Source: a candidate division FCPU426 bacterium
Lineage (GTDB): Bacteria > Oederibacteriota > JAAXVQ01 > JAUVAV01
NCBI GenBank assembly: GCA_040756875.1
Contig: JBFLYH010000003.1
Span: 128,001-192,000, forward strand
Length of the DNA stretch: 64,000 nucleotides
Direction of reading: 5' to 3'
Under the pieces are notes generated by a model. It did not search any database, had not been told where the DNA came from, and saw only the letters and a list, made by a program, of their open reading frames with translations. The position numbers and the translations under genes were made by a program. Below are positions 1 through 9,993 of the stretch, piece after piece (position 1 is the first letter of the stretch; each line of letters begins with the position of its first letter).

Positions 1-372
1 ATCGGCCTGGGCGAAACCATGGCCGAGCGCATCGAACTGGCCCTGGCTCTGCGCGACCTGGACGTGGACGTGGTTCCCCTGAACGTGCTCCTGCCCCTGC
101 CTGGCACGGCCCTGGAGCGCCAGCCGCCGGTGCCAATCGCGGACGTCGTCAAGACCTTCGCCCTTTTCCGCCTGCTCCTGCCCGGCAAGGTGATCAAGTT
201 CGCGGCCGGCCGCGAAACCAAGCTCAAGGATTTCCAGGGCCTGCTGATGCTGTCCGGCGCGAGCGGTTTCTTGACCGGCGGGTATCTCACGACCCGTGGC
301 CGCGACATCGCTGAGGACCAGGCCCTGGCGCGCGAACTGGCCGCGTTCGATAAAACCGGCAACCGCAATTGA
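1..372 (+). CDS. bioB: Biotin synthase, C-terminal part (5' end outside window)
   Basis: [20 protein letters not shown] and GGYLTTRGR motifs typical of the BioB C-terminus; first gene of the bio cluster. Confidence 0.9.
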   Translation: MGLGETMAERIELALALRDLDVDVVPLNVLLPLPGTALERQPPVPIADVVKTFALFRLLLPGKVIKFAAGRETKLKDFQGLLMLSGASGFLTGGYLTTRGRDIAEDQALARELAAFDKTGNRN

Positions 373-373
373 T

Positions 374-470
374 CCGCCACGAAGGACACGAAGGAAAGCC
401 AAAGATAGTCCGGGGTTAAAAGCTTTAACCCCAATCCCTCTTCGTGTCAGCTTCGTTTTCTTCGTGGCGA
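374..470. repeat. ACGAAG/CTTCGT palindromic intergenic element, copy 1
   Basis: CGCCACGAAGGACACGAAG...GGGGTTAAAAGCTTTAACCCC...CTTCGTGTCAGCTTCGTTTTCTTCGTGGCG; related copies elsewhere in the window. Confidence 0.85.
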
Positions 471-506
471 TATTTTTCAGGTCATGTTTCGACAGAGGAG
501 ACGACC

Positions 507-1889
507 ATGTACGACAAAACCAAGACCCTGGACAGCGACCGCCGGCACCTGTGGCATCCGTACACGCAGATGCAGGATTACGCCGGGCGCGACCCGCTGG
601 TCATCGTGCGCGCCGAAGGCCACAAACTTTTCGACGCCGACGGCCGGGAATATTTCGACACCCTTTCCTCCTGGTGGTGCAATCTCCTCGGCCACAACCA
701 GCCGCGCCTCAACCAGGCCCTGATCGACCAGGTCGGCCGGCTGGAACACACGCTCTTCGCCGGCATCACGCACCCCTGGGCCGCCGAGGTGGCGGACCGC
801 CTGAGCCGCCTGCTTCCGCCGGCTTTGGGCCGGTTTTTCTTCTCGGACAACGGCTCCACCGCCGTGGAAGTGGCGCTGAAGATGGCGTTCCAATACTGGC
901 AGAACCGCGGGCAGCGCCGCAAAACCCGCTTCGTTTTCCTGGAGGATTCCTATCACGGCGACACGGTGGGCGCCATGAGCGTGGGCGGCATCGCGCTCTA
1001 CCACAAGCTCTACGCGCCCCTGCGCTTCAAATCCTTCCAGGCCCCGGCGCCGGCCTGCCTCCGCTGCCCCTACCGCCGCTCGCACTTCACCTATGACGCG
1101 CGCGACACGGGCTGCGGCCTGCAGTGCTTCGCGGGCATGGAGCGGATCCTGCGCGCGCAGCACCGCGACCTCGCGGCCGTGATCGTGGAGCCCCTGCTGC
1201 AGGGATCGGCCGGCATTTCCGTGTATCCGCCGGCCTACCTGGACCGCCTGCGGCAGCGCACCCGCGAACTGGACGTGCTCCTGGTTTGCGACGAGGTGGC
1301 CACGGGCTTCGGCCGCACGGGAACGCTGTTCGCCTTCCAGCAGACCCAGGCCGTGCCGGATTTCGTCTGCCTGTCCAAAAGCCTGACCGCGGGCTACCTG
1401 CCCCTGGCCCTCACCGCCACGCGCGAGGACATCTACCAGGCCTTCCTGGGCGACTACGCCTCCGGAAAAACTTTTTTCCACGGGCACACCTACACCGCCA
1501 ACCCCCTGGCCTGCGCCGTGGCCTGCGCGAACCTGGAACAGCTGGAAACGGACCGCCTGCCCGAAAGCCGGGCCAAAGTCGCGGAGTACTTCCGCAAGCG
1601 CCTGGCTGATTTCGAAGCCTTCGATTTCGTCGGCGACATCCGCCACCTCGGCTTCGTGGGCGCCGTGGACATCGTCAAAAGCCGGGCGGCCAAAAAAGCC
1701 TATGCCCCGCAAACCCGCATCGGCTTCAAAATTTATCTGGAGGGGCTGCAGCGCCAGGTGCTGCTGCGGCCGCTGGACAATACGATCTACTGGTTTCTGC
1801 CCCTCACCATCACGCCCGAGGAAATCGACCTGATTCTGGCCAACAGCCGCGAATCCATCCGCGCCGCCGTGGCCAACCTGGAGGCCTGA
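507..1889 (+). CDS. bioA: Adenosylmethionine-8-amino-7-oxononanoate aminotransferase
   Basis: HLWHPYTQM, SSWWCNLLGH, DNGSTAVEVALKMA, DEVATGFGRTG, LSKSLTAGY; ATG at 507 after GAGGAG. Confidence 0.95.
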   Translation: MYDKTKTLDSDRRHLWHPYTQMQDYAGRDPLVIVRAEGHKLFDADGREYFDTLSSWWCNLLGHNQPRLNQALIDQVGRLEHTLFAGITHPWAAEVADRLSRLLPPALGRFFFSDNGSTAVEVALKMAFQYWQNRGQRRKTRFVFLEDSYHGDTVGAMSVGGIALYHKLYAPLRFKSFQAPAPACLRCPYRRSHFTYDARDTGCGLQCFAGMERILRAQHRDLAAVIVEPLLQGSAGISVYPPAYLDRLRQRTRELDVLLVCDEVATGFGRTGTLFAFQQTQAVPDFVCLSKSLTAGYLPLALTATREDIYQAFLGDYASGKTFFHGHTYTANPLACAVACANLEQLETDRLPESRAKVAEYFRKRLADFEAFDFVGDIRHLGFVGAVDIVKSRAAKKAYAPQTRIGFKIYLEGLQRQVLLRPLDNTIYWFLPLTITPEEIDLILANSRESIRAAVANLEA

Positions 1890-1892
1890 AAC

Positions 1893-3071
1893 GTGCCCGC
1901 CTGGCCCGAACTGGCCGAGGAACTGAAGCAACTGGAGGCGGCCGGCGCGTTCCGTCGCCTGCGCGGCTTCGAACGCCGCGAAGGGCCTTATGTCTGGCTC
2001 GCAGGCCGGCGCCTGCTGAATCTCTCCTCCAACGATTATCTCGGCCTGGCCGGGGACCCCGAATGGCTGAGGGCCTTCCTGGCCCAGGCCGCGGACGCCG
2101 TTGACGTCGACCGTTCCGGCCTGGGCGCCACGGCCTCGCGCCTGCTGGCCGGCAACCATCCCGGCTACCAGAAGCTCGAGGAAAACCTGGCCCGCGCTTA
2201 CGGGCGCGAGGCCGCGCTGGTCGCCTCCTCCGGCTATCACGCCAACTGCGGGTTGCTGCCGGCGCTGGCCGGCCCCCAGGACGCGGTGTTTTCCGACCGG
2301 CTCAACCACGCCAGCCTGTGGGACGGCCTGCGCCTCTCCGGCGCGCAAAGCCACCGCTTCCGCCACCGCGATTACGGGCACCTGGAATCCCTGCTCGCGC
2401 GCCACCGCGGCCAGGCCCGGCGCGCCCTGATCGTGTCGGAAAGCGTGTTCAGCATGGACGGCGACCGCGCGGACCTGGACGCCCTGATCGCGCTCAAAAC
2501 GCGCTGGAACGCGCGCCTGATCCTGGACGAGGCGCACGCGGTGGGCGTGCTCGGCCCCACGGGCCTGGGGCTGGCCGAAGCGCAGGGCCGCATCGCGGAC
2601 GTGGACGTCCTGGTCGGCACGTTCGGCAAGGCCCTGGCCGGATTCGGCGCCTTCCTGGTGTCCGAGCGCGAACTGGCCGACTATCTTGTGAACAAAATGC
2701 GCACGCTGATTTTCACCACCGCGCTGCCGCCCCTGCAGGTGGCGTGGCTGGACTGGATGTGGTCGCGGCGCGGGGAGTGGGCCGGCCGCCGCGAACGCCT
2801 GGCCGCGCTGGCCGCCGGGCTGCGCCGGAGCCTGCAGGCCGAAGGGCTGGCGGTGCCCGGCGACACGCACATCGTGCCCGTGACGCTCGGCGAAAACGAG
2901 GCTGCGGTCCGGACCGCGGCCCTTCTGCAGGCCGAAGGCTTTTGGGTCCTGCCCATCCGGCCGCCGACCGTGCCGCAGGGTTCTGCCCGGGTGCGCCTGT
3001 CCCTGACCGCAGCCATGGACCCGGCTGACCTGGAGCGCGTGCCCGGGCTGATCCGCGCGGCGGCCGCATGA
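1893..3071 (+). CDS. bioF: 8-amino-7-oxononanoate synthase
   Basis: LNLSSNDYLGLA, DRLNHASLWDG, ESVFSMDGD, DEAHAVG, GTFGKALAGFG, IRPPTVP. Confidence 0.95.
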   Translation: MPAWPELAEELKQLEAAGAFRRLRGFERREGPYVWLAGRRLLNLSSNDYLGLAGDPEWLRAFLAQAADAVDVDRSGLGATASRLLAGNHPGYQKLEENLARAYGREAALVASSGYHANCGLLPALAGPQDAVFSDRLNHASLWDGLRLSGAQSHRFRHRDYGHLESLLARHRGQARRALIVSESVFSMDGDRADLDALIALKTRWNARLILDEAHAVGVLGPTGLGLAEAQGRIADVDVLVGTFGKALAGFGAFLVSERELADYLVNKMRTLIFTTALPPLQVAWLDWMWSRRGEWAGRRERLAALAAGLRRSLQAEGLAVPGDTHIVPVTLGENEAAVRTAALLQAEGFWVLPIRPPTVPQGSARVRLSLTAAMDPADLERVPGLIRAAAA

Positions 3072-3748
3072 AGTCCCATTGGCTTTTTCAACAGGGCCGG
3101 CCCGAGCTGATTCTTTTTTTCAACGGCTGGGGCATGGACCCGCGGCCCCTGGGCCACCTGGCCTGCCGGGAGTACGACGTGCTGGAGCTGCACGGGTATG
3201 ATGCCCGCGACCTGCCGGCTTCGGCGCTCGCCGCCTGGCCGCGTTATGGCCGCATCCACGTGGCCGCCTGGTCCCTGGGCGTGTGGATGGCAGGCGCGGT
3301 CCGCGCCCAGCTTCCTTCCCACGCCCGCCTGGCCCTGGCCGTGAACGGCACCTTGCGGCCCGTGGACGGGCGTTACGGCATTGCGCCCGGCATTTTCCAG
3401 CAGACCCTGGAATCCTGGTCCCCTGAGGTGCGCGGGCAATTCTACGCCAATTGCTTCGACCGGCCCGAAGAAGCTGAACGCTTTTCGGCCTGCGCGCCGG
3501 AGCGGAGCGTCGAAGACCAGCAGCAGGAACTGGGCTGGCTGTGGTCCGGAATCCTGCGCGACCCCGAACCCGCCGCCGGCTTCGCGGCCGCGTTCATCGG
3601 CCGGCGGGATTTAATTTTCACGGCCAGGAACCAGCTCCGTTTCTGGCAGGACCGCTGTCCGCACCAGGCGCAGACATGCGGCCACTTCCCCTTTTTCGCC
3701 TGGTCAAGCTGGGAGGACGTGCTGAGGCTGACATGGACAAAACCCTGA
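3068..3748 (+). CDS. bioG: Pimeloyl-ACP methyl ester esterase, BioG/DUF452 type
   Basis: LILFFNGWGMD, AWSLGV nucleophile elbow, AVNGT...YGI; lies between bioF and bioC. Confidence 0.85.
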   Translation: MKSHWLFQQGRPELILFFNGWGMDPRPLGHLACREYDVLELHGYDARDLPASALAAWPRYGRIHVAAWSLGVWMAGAVRAQLPSHARLALAVNGTLRPVDGRYGIAPGIFQQTLESWSPEVRGQFYANCFDRPEEAERFSACAPERSVEDQQQELGWLWSGILRDPEPAAGFAAAFIGRRDLIFTARNQLRFWQDRCPHQAQTCGHFPFFAWSSWEDVLRLTWTKP

Positions 3749-4497
3749 TCCAAACCCGCTTTCGCCGCGCCCTGGACCACTATGACCAACACGCCGGCGT
3801 GCAGGCGGACGCGGCCAAGCGCCTGGTTGATTTAGTGCTGTCCCGGCTCGGCGCGGAGTTCCCGCGCGTGCTGGAGGTCGGCTGCGGCACCGGGCTGCTC
3901 ACGCGGCGCCTCATCGCCTCCCTGCGCATGCAGACTTTGTATGCGAATGACCTGGTCCCGGAATGCGGCCAGCGGCTCCCCGCGGTGCAGACGCCGCGTC
4001 TGGTTTTCCTTCCCGGCGACGCGGAGGCCGCGGCCGAGTGGCCGCCTGAACTGGACCTGGCCGTCTCGAACGCGGCGTTCCAATGGCTGCAAAACCCGGC
4101 GGCCCTGCTTGCGTCCCTGGCCGCGGCCCTGCGGCCCGGCGCCGGCCTGGCGTTCGCGGTTTTCGGTCCCGGGCACTGCCGCGAACTGCGCGACACGCTC
4201 GGCGTGGGCCTGGATTACCTCGGCCCGGCGCAGTGGCAGGAGCTGGCCGGGCGCGATTTCGAGTTCCTGTTCGCCGAAGAAGAGGAGCGCGCCCTCGTCT
4301 TCACCGGGCCGCGGGAGGTGCTCCGCCACCTGCGGGGCCTGGGCGCCACCGGCCTGGCCGGCTGGCGCTGGCGCAAGGAAAGCCTGCGCGCCTGGGAAAC
4401 CGAATACCGCCGGGCCCATGCGGCGCCCGGCGGGGTGCGCCTCAGCCAGCGCATCCTGTATCTGGTTTTCAAGAAACGCGGGGGGCTGGCGGCATGA
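3733..4497 (+). CDS. bioC: Malonyl-ACP O-methyltransferase
   Basis: MDKTLIQTRF...YDQHAGVQ, VLEVGCGTG SAM motif, SNAAFQW. Confidence 0.9.
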   Translation: MDKTLIQTRFRRALDHYDQHAGVQADAAKRLVDLVLSRLGAEFPRVLEVGCGTGLLTRRLIASLRMQTLYANDLVPECGQRLPAVQTPRLVFLPGDAEAAAEWPPELDLAVSNAAFQWLQNPAALLASLAAALRPGAGLAFAVFGPGHCRELRDTLGVGLDYLGPAQWQELAGRDFEFLFAEEEERALVFTGPREVLRHLRGLGATGLAGWRWRKESLRAWETEYRRAHAAPGGVRLSQRILYLVFKKRGGLAA

Positions 4498-5174
4498 ACA
4501 TCGTCTTTGTCACGGGCATCGACACGGGCGTGGGCAAAACCGTGGTCACCGGTTTGTGGGCCCGCCGCCTGCTGGGCCAGGGCCGGCGCGTGCTCACCGC
4601 CAAACTGGTCCAGACCGGCGCCGCGCCGGGCGAAGTGGCCGAGGACATCCGCACGCACCGCCGCCTGATGGGCTTGCCGCTGTTGCCCTGCGACGAGCAG
4701 GGCTGGACCTGCCCGTATGTTTTCCGCTTCCCGGCTTCGCCGCACCTGGCCGGCCGCCTGGAAAACCGCAGCGTGGAGCCCGGAGTCCTGGACCGGTCCT
4801 GGCAGCGGCTCGCGGACCAGTGCGACTGGCTGCTGCTCGAGGGCGCGGGCGGGCTCGAAGTCCCGCTGCGAGGGGACCTGACGATTCTGGATTACGTGGC
4901 TGACCGCGGGTTCCCTGTCCTGGTGGTGACCGGCCCCCGCCTGGGCAGCCTGAACCACACCCTCCTGACCGTGTACGCGCTCCAAACCCGCGGCTTACGG
5001 GTGCTGGGCCTGGCCTACAACCTGGCGCTGGCCGCCGAGCCGGAAATCACGGCAGATACGCGGGCTTTTTTCAGGCAGCGCTGGCCCGGCCTGCCGCTGT
5101 GGGACGTGCCGGCCTGCGACCCTGCCCTGCCGGAGGCAGTTGATCTCCGGCAGGTTCCTGACTGGCTCCCCTGA
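4494..5174 (+). CDS. bioD: Dethiobiotin synthetase
   Basis: FVTGIDTGVGKT P-loop, KLVQTG, PASPHLA, LEGAGGL, LGSLNHTLLT. Confidence 0.95.
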   Translation: MNIVFVTGIDTGVGKTVVTGLWARRLLGQGRRVLTAKLVQTGAAPGEVAEDIRTHRRLMGLPLLPCDEQGWTCPYVFRFPASPHLAGRLENRSVEPGVLDRSWQRLADQCDWLLLEGAGGLEVPLRGDLTILDYVADRGFPVLVVTGPRLGSLNHTLLTVYALQTRGLRVLGLAYNLALAAEPEITADTRAFFRQRWPGLPLWDVPACDPALPEAVDLRQVPDWLP

Positions 5175-5396
5175 ACCGCCCTCCTGACATGCTGATAACT
5201 ATAGTCGATCGCGTTGCGTGGAATGCCCCATGAAAAATCAGCGATTTTTCATGGGGTAGCAGGGCGCTAGCGGAATATATATGGTTTATTCAGCGCCCTG
5301 TTAACTTGTCTTTCCCCCCCGTGTGTTCTAAAATAAAAGCTCTGTTTCCTTTAACGGGCCGCTGATTCTGCCGTTGCTGTGGGGGAAGAGGTGCCT

Positions 5397-6413
5397 ATGG
5401 CTTTTCCGACGCCCGACCAATTCGAAGGCTGCCTGCTGGGGCAGGCCCTGGGCGACGCGGTGGGTTATCCGGTGGAAGGATACCCGCCGCTGATTTGCCA
5501 GCGGTACGTGGACGACATTCTCAACCGCGGACTGGCGGGAGAATGGTCCCATTACCCGTATCCCTTCGGCCAATACAGCGACGACACCCAGCTGGCCCGG
5601 GAACTGCTGCTGTCCCTCCTGCACAGCGAACGCTTCGAACCCGAGGACTTCGCGCAGCGCCTGTCGGGCCTGTTCAAAACCCATAAAATCGTCGGCCAGG
5701 GCAAAGCCACCGAGGCCGCGGCCAAGCGGCTGCTCCTGGGTTTTTCCTGGACCGATTCCGGCATCTACCCGCCCGCGGCCGGAAACGGCAGCGCCATGCG
5801 GGCCGCGCCCCTGGGGCTGTTTTACTTCGACCGGCCCGAGCAGCTGCAGCGGGCGGCTCATGACCAGGGCCGGATCACCCACCGCGACCCGCGCTGTTCA
5901 GCCGGCGCGGTGGCGATGGCCGGCGCCGTAACCCTGGCCTTGGACAACCAGCCGCCGGATCCCGAGGCCTTCGCCAACCAGTTGGCCCAGTGGATGGAAG
6001 CCTATGACCAGGACTTCGCCCGCCTGGTGAAACAGCTGCCCAACTGGGTTCCGCTTTCGATCGACGAGGCCTTTGCCGCGGTCTCGCCCCTGGGCGTGGA
6101 CCCGGAGTACCAGGGCATCTGGCAGGGCGTTTCGCCGTTCGTGGTCACCAGCGTGCTGTGGAGCCTGCTGTCCTTCCTGCGCACGCCCGAGGATTACTGG
6201 CAGACGATTTGCACCGCCATCCGGGTCGGCGGCGACGTGGACACCACCGCGGCCATGGCCGGCGCGGTGAGCGGCGCGCACCTGGGTTTCTCCGCCCTGC
6301 CCCAGCACCTGGTCAAGCGCCTGACCGACCAGGGCACGTGGAGCTTCGACCAGCTCCGCGGCCTGGCCCAAAAACTTCACGCCCTCAAAATACGCCTGCA
6401 GGAAGCCGCCTAA
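5397..6413 (+). CDS. ADP-ribosylglycohydrolase family protein (DraG-like)
   Basis: GCLLGQALGDAVG, QYSDDTQL, GNGSAMRAAPLG, GGDVDTTAAMAGA. Confidence 0.9.
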   Translation: MAFPTPDQFEGCLLGQALGDAVGYPVEGYPPLICQRYVDDILNRGLAGEWSHYPYPFGQYSDDTQLARELLLSLLHSERFEPEDFAQRLSGLFKTHKIVGQGKATEAAAKRLLLGFSWTDSGIYPPAAGNGSAMRAAPLGLFYFDRPEQLQRAAHDQGRITHRDPRCSAGAVAMAGAVTLALDNQPPDPEAFANQLAQWMEAYDQDFARLVKQLPNWVPLSIDEAFAAVSPLGVDPEYQGIWQGVSPFVVTSVLWSLLSFLRTPEDYWQTICTAIRVGGDVDTTAAMAGAVSGAHLGFSALPQHLVKRLTDQGTWSFDQLRGLAQKLHALKIRLQEAA

Positions 6414-6450
6414 AAACCTGAGTTTTTAAACCCGGAGAGATGACTGTTTT

Positions 6451-7029
6451 TTAAGGATGGGATTGAACCGGCAGCCGGTAGTGCCTGGCCATTTGCCGGG
6501 TGTAAGGATGGAGGGCCAGGCCGGCTTTTCTCAGGTAGGCGAGTTTGGCCTGCAGCACCCGGCGCGCGGCCGCGTCCAAATCCTTCTCCGCCAGGCGGCG
6601 CAAGGCGGCCGTGCCTGGATAGGTCCGGCCGGGTTCGCTGTAGTCGGCGATGAAAATGAGCTTGTCCCAGGCCGTGGGCCGGGCCGCGCCCGTGGAATGC
6701 AAGGCAATGGCGCGGAGGAGCAAAGGATCGCGGAGTCCGAAACGGCGGCGGGCCAGATAAGCGCCCGCGGGGTTGTGCCAGAGGCGGGGGTTGGAGCGGG
6801 TGGCGGCCGGACAATGCCGGCCGCGGTAGCGCCGCAGGAGGCTGCGGAGTTCGCGTTCGGGCAGGTCGCGCGCCACGTCGTGCAGCCACCCAAGCGTTGA
6901 CGCGCGTTCAGGCGACAGGCCGTGCCGGCGCGCCAGCCGGGCCGCCAGCCCGGCGGTCCCGCGCGCGTGCGCGAAACGCCGGGAAGTCAGCCAGGGGCGG
7001 ACGCGGCGCGCCAGGGCCGCGCCGATCAC
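6451..7029 (-). CDS. yqeK: HD-domain Ap4A hydrolase, YqeK family
   Basis: RFAHARGTA, GWLHDVAR, LWHNPAGA, AIALHSTG, DKLIFIADYSEPGR. Confidence 0.85.
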   Translation of the reverse strand: MIGAALARRVRPWLTSRRFAHARGTAGLAARLARRHGLSPERASTLGWLHDVARDLPERELRSLLRRYRGRHCPAATRSNPRLWHNPAGAYLARRRFGLRDPLLLRAIALHSTGAARPTAWDKLIFIADYSEPGRTYPGTAALRRLAEKDLDAAARRVLQAKLAYLRKAGLALHPYTRQMARHYRLPVQSHP

Positions 7030-7205
7030 CGGCCCAGCGCCAGCCAGGCCAGGGCGAACATCAGGATTCCGGCCGCCACCCAGACGGCCAGGGTCCGCAA
7101 GGCCTCCCAGGGCGTGCCCGGAAGCGCCCGCAAGCGGGCGGCGTGTTCCGCCAGGTCCAGCTCCTGCTGCACGTCCTTGGCTTCCTGTCTCCTGCGTTTG
7201 GCCAT
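7026..7205 (-). CDS. Small membrane protein (59 aa, one C-terminal TM helix)
   Basis: ATG after GGAGG; stop overlaps the yqeK start; hydrophobic C-terminus. Confidence 0.55.
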   Translation of the reverse strand: MAKRRRQEAKDVQQELDLAEHAARLRALPGTPWEALRTLAVWVAAGILMFALAWLALGR

Positions 7206-7289
7206 GCCTGCCTCCAGTCGGGGGATAGTCGATCGCCTACAATCTACCACAGCGGCCGCAGAGTTCAAGCACGCATTTTGGGGAGGACG

Positions 7290-8180
7290 CTACACCTGCA
7301 GGCCGGTGAAGACCACGCCGCGGACGATGTATTTCTGGAAGGCGAAATACAGCAGAATCGTCGGCAGGGTGGTCAGGGTGACCACGGCCATGACGATGTT
7401 CCAGGGCTCGCCGGCTTCCACCATTTTCTGGACGCCCACCATCAGCGTGTACATCTTGGGGTCGTTGAGCACGATCAGCGGCCAGAAAAAGCTGTTCCAG
7501 GTGGTGATGAAACCGAAGATCCCGAGCACCACCAGGATGGGGCGCGAGATGGGGATCACGATTTTGCGGAAAATCATCCATTCCGAGCAACCGTCCAGGC
7601 GGCCGGCGTCGATCAAGTCGGTGGGCAGCCGCTCGAAGAAGCTCTTCATGATCAGGATGTTGAACGCCGAGACCACGGTCGGCAGGATCAGGCCCCAGAA
7701 GGTCGAGATCAGGTTCACGTTCGGCGTCTGGCTGGCCGGGAAATTCCTCATCACCAGGTACAGGGGGATCAGCAGGCTCTCGATCGGGATCATGAGCGTA
7801 AGCAGGAACAGGATGAGCAGGGTTTTTCCGAACGGCGGCTTGAGCTTGGCGAACGCGTACGCCGCCAGGGCGGAGATCAGCAGCTGGCCGATCACCACGC
7901 CGAAGCAGTGGATCAGGGAGTTGAAGATATAGGTGGCGAAAGGCACGTGCTGCCAGGCCACGAGATAGGAAGACCAGTCCAGCTGCCCGTAGAACCAGCG
8001 CGGCGGCCAGCTGAACATGGCCTGCGCCGGGGCCAGGGAGGTGGCCACCATCCACAGGAACGGCACCAGCACGAGCGCGGCCAGCAGGCAGGCGCCCAGG
8101 GTGCCGATCCACATGAAGGCGTTGACGCCCCAGTGCTTGCGGTCGGCCGAGGACAGCAACCCGCGCGGATAGATGATCAT
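7290..8180 (-). CDS. Carbohydrate ABC transporter permease (MalG/UgpE-like)
   Basis: Multiple TM segments, EAA-like loop LIDAGRLDGCS, WNSFFWPLI. Confidence 0.9.
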   Translation of the reverse strand: MIIYPRGLLSSADRKHWGVNAFMWIGTLGACLLAALVLVPFLWMVATSLAPAQAMFSWPPRWFYGQLDWSSYLVAWQHVPFATYIFNSLIHCFGVVIGQLLISALAAYAFAKLKPPFGKTLLILFLLTLMIPIESLLIPLYLVMRNFPASQTPNVNLISTFWGLILPTVVSAFNILIMKSFFERLPTDLIDAGRLDGCSEWMIFRKIVIPISRPILVVLGIFGFITTWNSFFWPLIVLNDPKMYTLMVGVQKMVEAGEPWNIVMAVVTLTTLPTILLYFAFQKYIVRGVVFTGLQV

Positions 8181-8181
8181 T

Positions 8182-9993
8182 TCAGCCCACCTCCGGTTCC
8201 AGGCGGCGCAGCCTGAACAGCGTGATGAGCAGCAGCATCAAGAGCAGGAGCATGGACAGGGCGGCCGCGTACCCGATGTCCATGTAGAAGAAGGCCTGGC
8301 GGTAGATGTAGGTCGCGATCACCTCGGTGGAGTTGACCGGCCCGCCGTTGGTCATGATGTAAATTTCCGTGAACAGCTGCAGGGTGTTGATCACGGTGAT
8401 GATGAACATGACCGCGATCACCGTGCGCATGGCCGGCAGAGTGACGTGCCGCAGCTTGTCCCCCACGGTCGCGCCGTCGATTTCGGCCTCCTCGTACAGG
8501 GTCTCGTCGATGTTCCCGAGGGCGGCGGAATAGATCAGGATCGCCCAGCCGGTGTTCTTCCAGATGTACACCAGGGCGATCGAGACCAGCGCCAGGCGGG
8601 GGTCGGTCAGCCAGCCGATGTGGGGGTTGGGCAGGGAGAGGAACGCCAGCACCGCGTTGAGCAGCCCGAAGCCCTGGTCCATGATCCACTTCCAGAGAAT
8701 GGCCGCCGGAACGGTCGGCATGAGGAACGGCAGGAAAAATAGGAACTTCAGCATGCCCCGGCCGAGGCGCAGTTCGTGGATGAAGATCGACAGGATGATG
8801 GGCAGCCAGAAGCCGAGCGCCAGGACGATCAAGCAAAAACCGCCCGCGTGGAAGACCAGGGCGCGCCAGAACATTTCGTCCTGAAACGCCCGCACATAGT
8901 TGGCCACGCCCACGAAGACCGAAGGCCGGGTGGGCAGGTAGTTGAAGAACGAGATCAGCAGGCCCTTGAGCATGGGGTACCAGGAAAAGAGCGAAAACGC
9001 CAGAAACGCCGGCAACAGGAACACCAGGGCCGCGCGCTGGTACTTGGCCATGGGCACGCGTTCCTTCTGCGGCGCGGGCTCGCCGAACAGGCCCCGCATG
9101 CGGTCGGGCTTGGGAGGGGCGAAGGTGATGGGCGGCGTGTATTTCGCCAGTTTGGGCTGCTTGGGCTTGCGCTGGACCCGGCCCAGGCGGGCCAGAATCC
9201 GGCGCTTCAATATGTCCGTGTGGCTGATCTTCTCCTGGGCCGCGGCGGAAACCGGCGCCGGCGGTTCGGCGACCGGGATCGGGGAGGCGGGCGGCTCGGC
9301 GGCCGGTTCGGCATGGGCCGGCGCCATGAACGGTTCGAAGTCCTGCGCCATGGGGACCCATTCGATGTCCGGGGCGGACGGCTCGGCGGCCGGAGGGGCC
9401 GGCGCGACCGGTTCAGCCGGCGCAGCCGGCGGCGCAGGGGGAACCGGAGGGTGCGCGGCAGCCGGGGACAGGTCCGCCGGAACCGCGGGCCTGGGTTTGG
9501 GTTCTTTCACCGGCTGCGGCTTGGGTTCGGCCAGGAGCTCGGGCGGAACCTCCAGGGTCTCCCAGCTCTGCGGCTTCGCGACCGGGGGTTTCTGGGGCGG
9601 TTCGGCGACCGGCGTTTCGCTTCGGCCGCGGGACGCAGCGCCCGGAGCCGGCCGCTTGCCGCGGGACGCGGCGGCGGACTGCATGCGCGCGGTGCGCGGG
9701 ATCAGCCCGTCCAAATCGGATTCGCGTTCCTGGCCCGAGGGTTCGGCGTCGAGTTCCTCGTCCCGGGCCAGGATGGAGTCCTCGATTTTTTCGCGGTGGA
9801 AGCCGCGGCGGGGCGCCCGGCTGGACGGCGGCGCGGGGCGGTCCGCCTGGGCCGGCGGTTCCTCGACAGCCGGCGAAATCTGTTCGTCCACCAGCGAATT
9901 GAGGAGGTCGTTGATCTGGTCGTCCGTCTGGTTGGACAGCAGGCGGTCGAAGAAATCCGTGGGCAGCCGTTTGGGGCGTTGGGGCGGCATCAT
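8182..9993 (-). CDS. Carbohydrate ABC permease (UgpA/MalF-like) with a ~310-aa Pro-rich N-terminal extension
   Basis: C-terminal permease with LYEEAEIDGA and TNGGP; ATG at 9993 overlaps the stop of the upstream gene. Confidence 0.8.
   Translation of the reverse strand: MMPPQRPKRLPTDFFDRLLSNQTDDQINDLLNSLVDEQISPAVEEPPAQADRPAPPSSRAPRRGFHREKIEDSILARDEELDAEPSGQERESDLDGLIPRTARMQSAAASRGKRPAPGAASRGRSETPVAEPPQKPPVAKPQSWETLEVPPELLAEPKPQPVKEPKPRPAVPADLSPAAAHPPVPPAPPAAPAEPVAPAPPAAEPSAPDIEWVPMAQDFEPFMAPAHAEPAAEPPASPIPVAEPPAPVSAAAQEKISHTDILKRRILARLGRVQRKPKQPKLAKYTPPITFAPPKPDRMRGLFGEPAPQKERVPMAKYQRAALVFLLPAFLAFSLFSWYPMLKGLLISFFNYLPTRPSVFVGVANYVRAFQDEMFWRALVFHAGGFCLIVLALGFWLPIILSIFIHELRLGRGMLKFLFFLPFLMPTVPAAILWKWIMDQGFGLLNAVLAFLSLPNPHIGWLTDPRLALVSIALVYIWKNTGWAILIYSAALGNIDETLYEEAEIDGATVGDKLRHVTLPAMRTVIAVMFIITVINTLQLFTEIYIMTNGGPVNSTEVIATYIYRQAFFYMDIGYAAALSMLLLLMLLLITLFRLRRLEPEVG

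Noticed and set aside
477-2870. 797-aa minus-strand ORF and similar long opposite-strand ORFs (20248..23037, 60905..63031)
   Set aside because: GC-rich antisense frames overlapping well-supported genes
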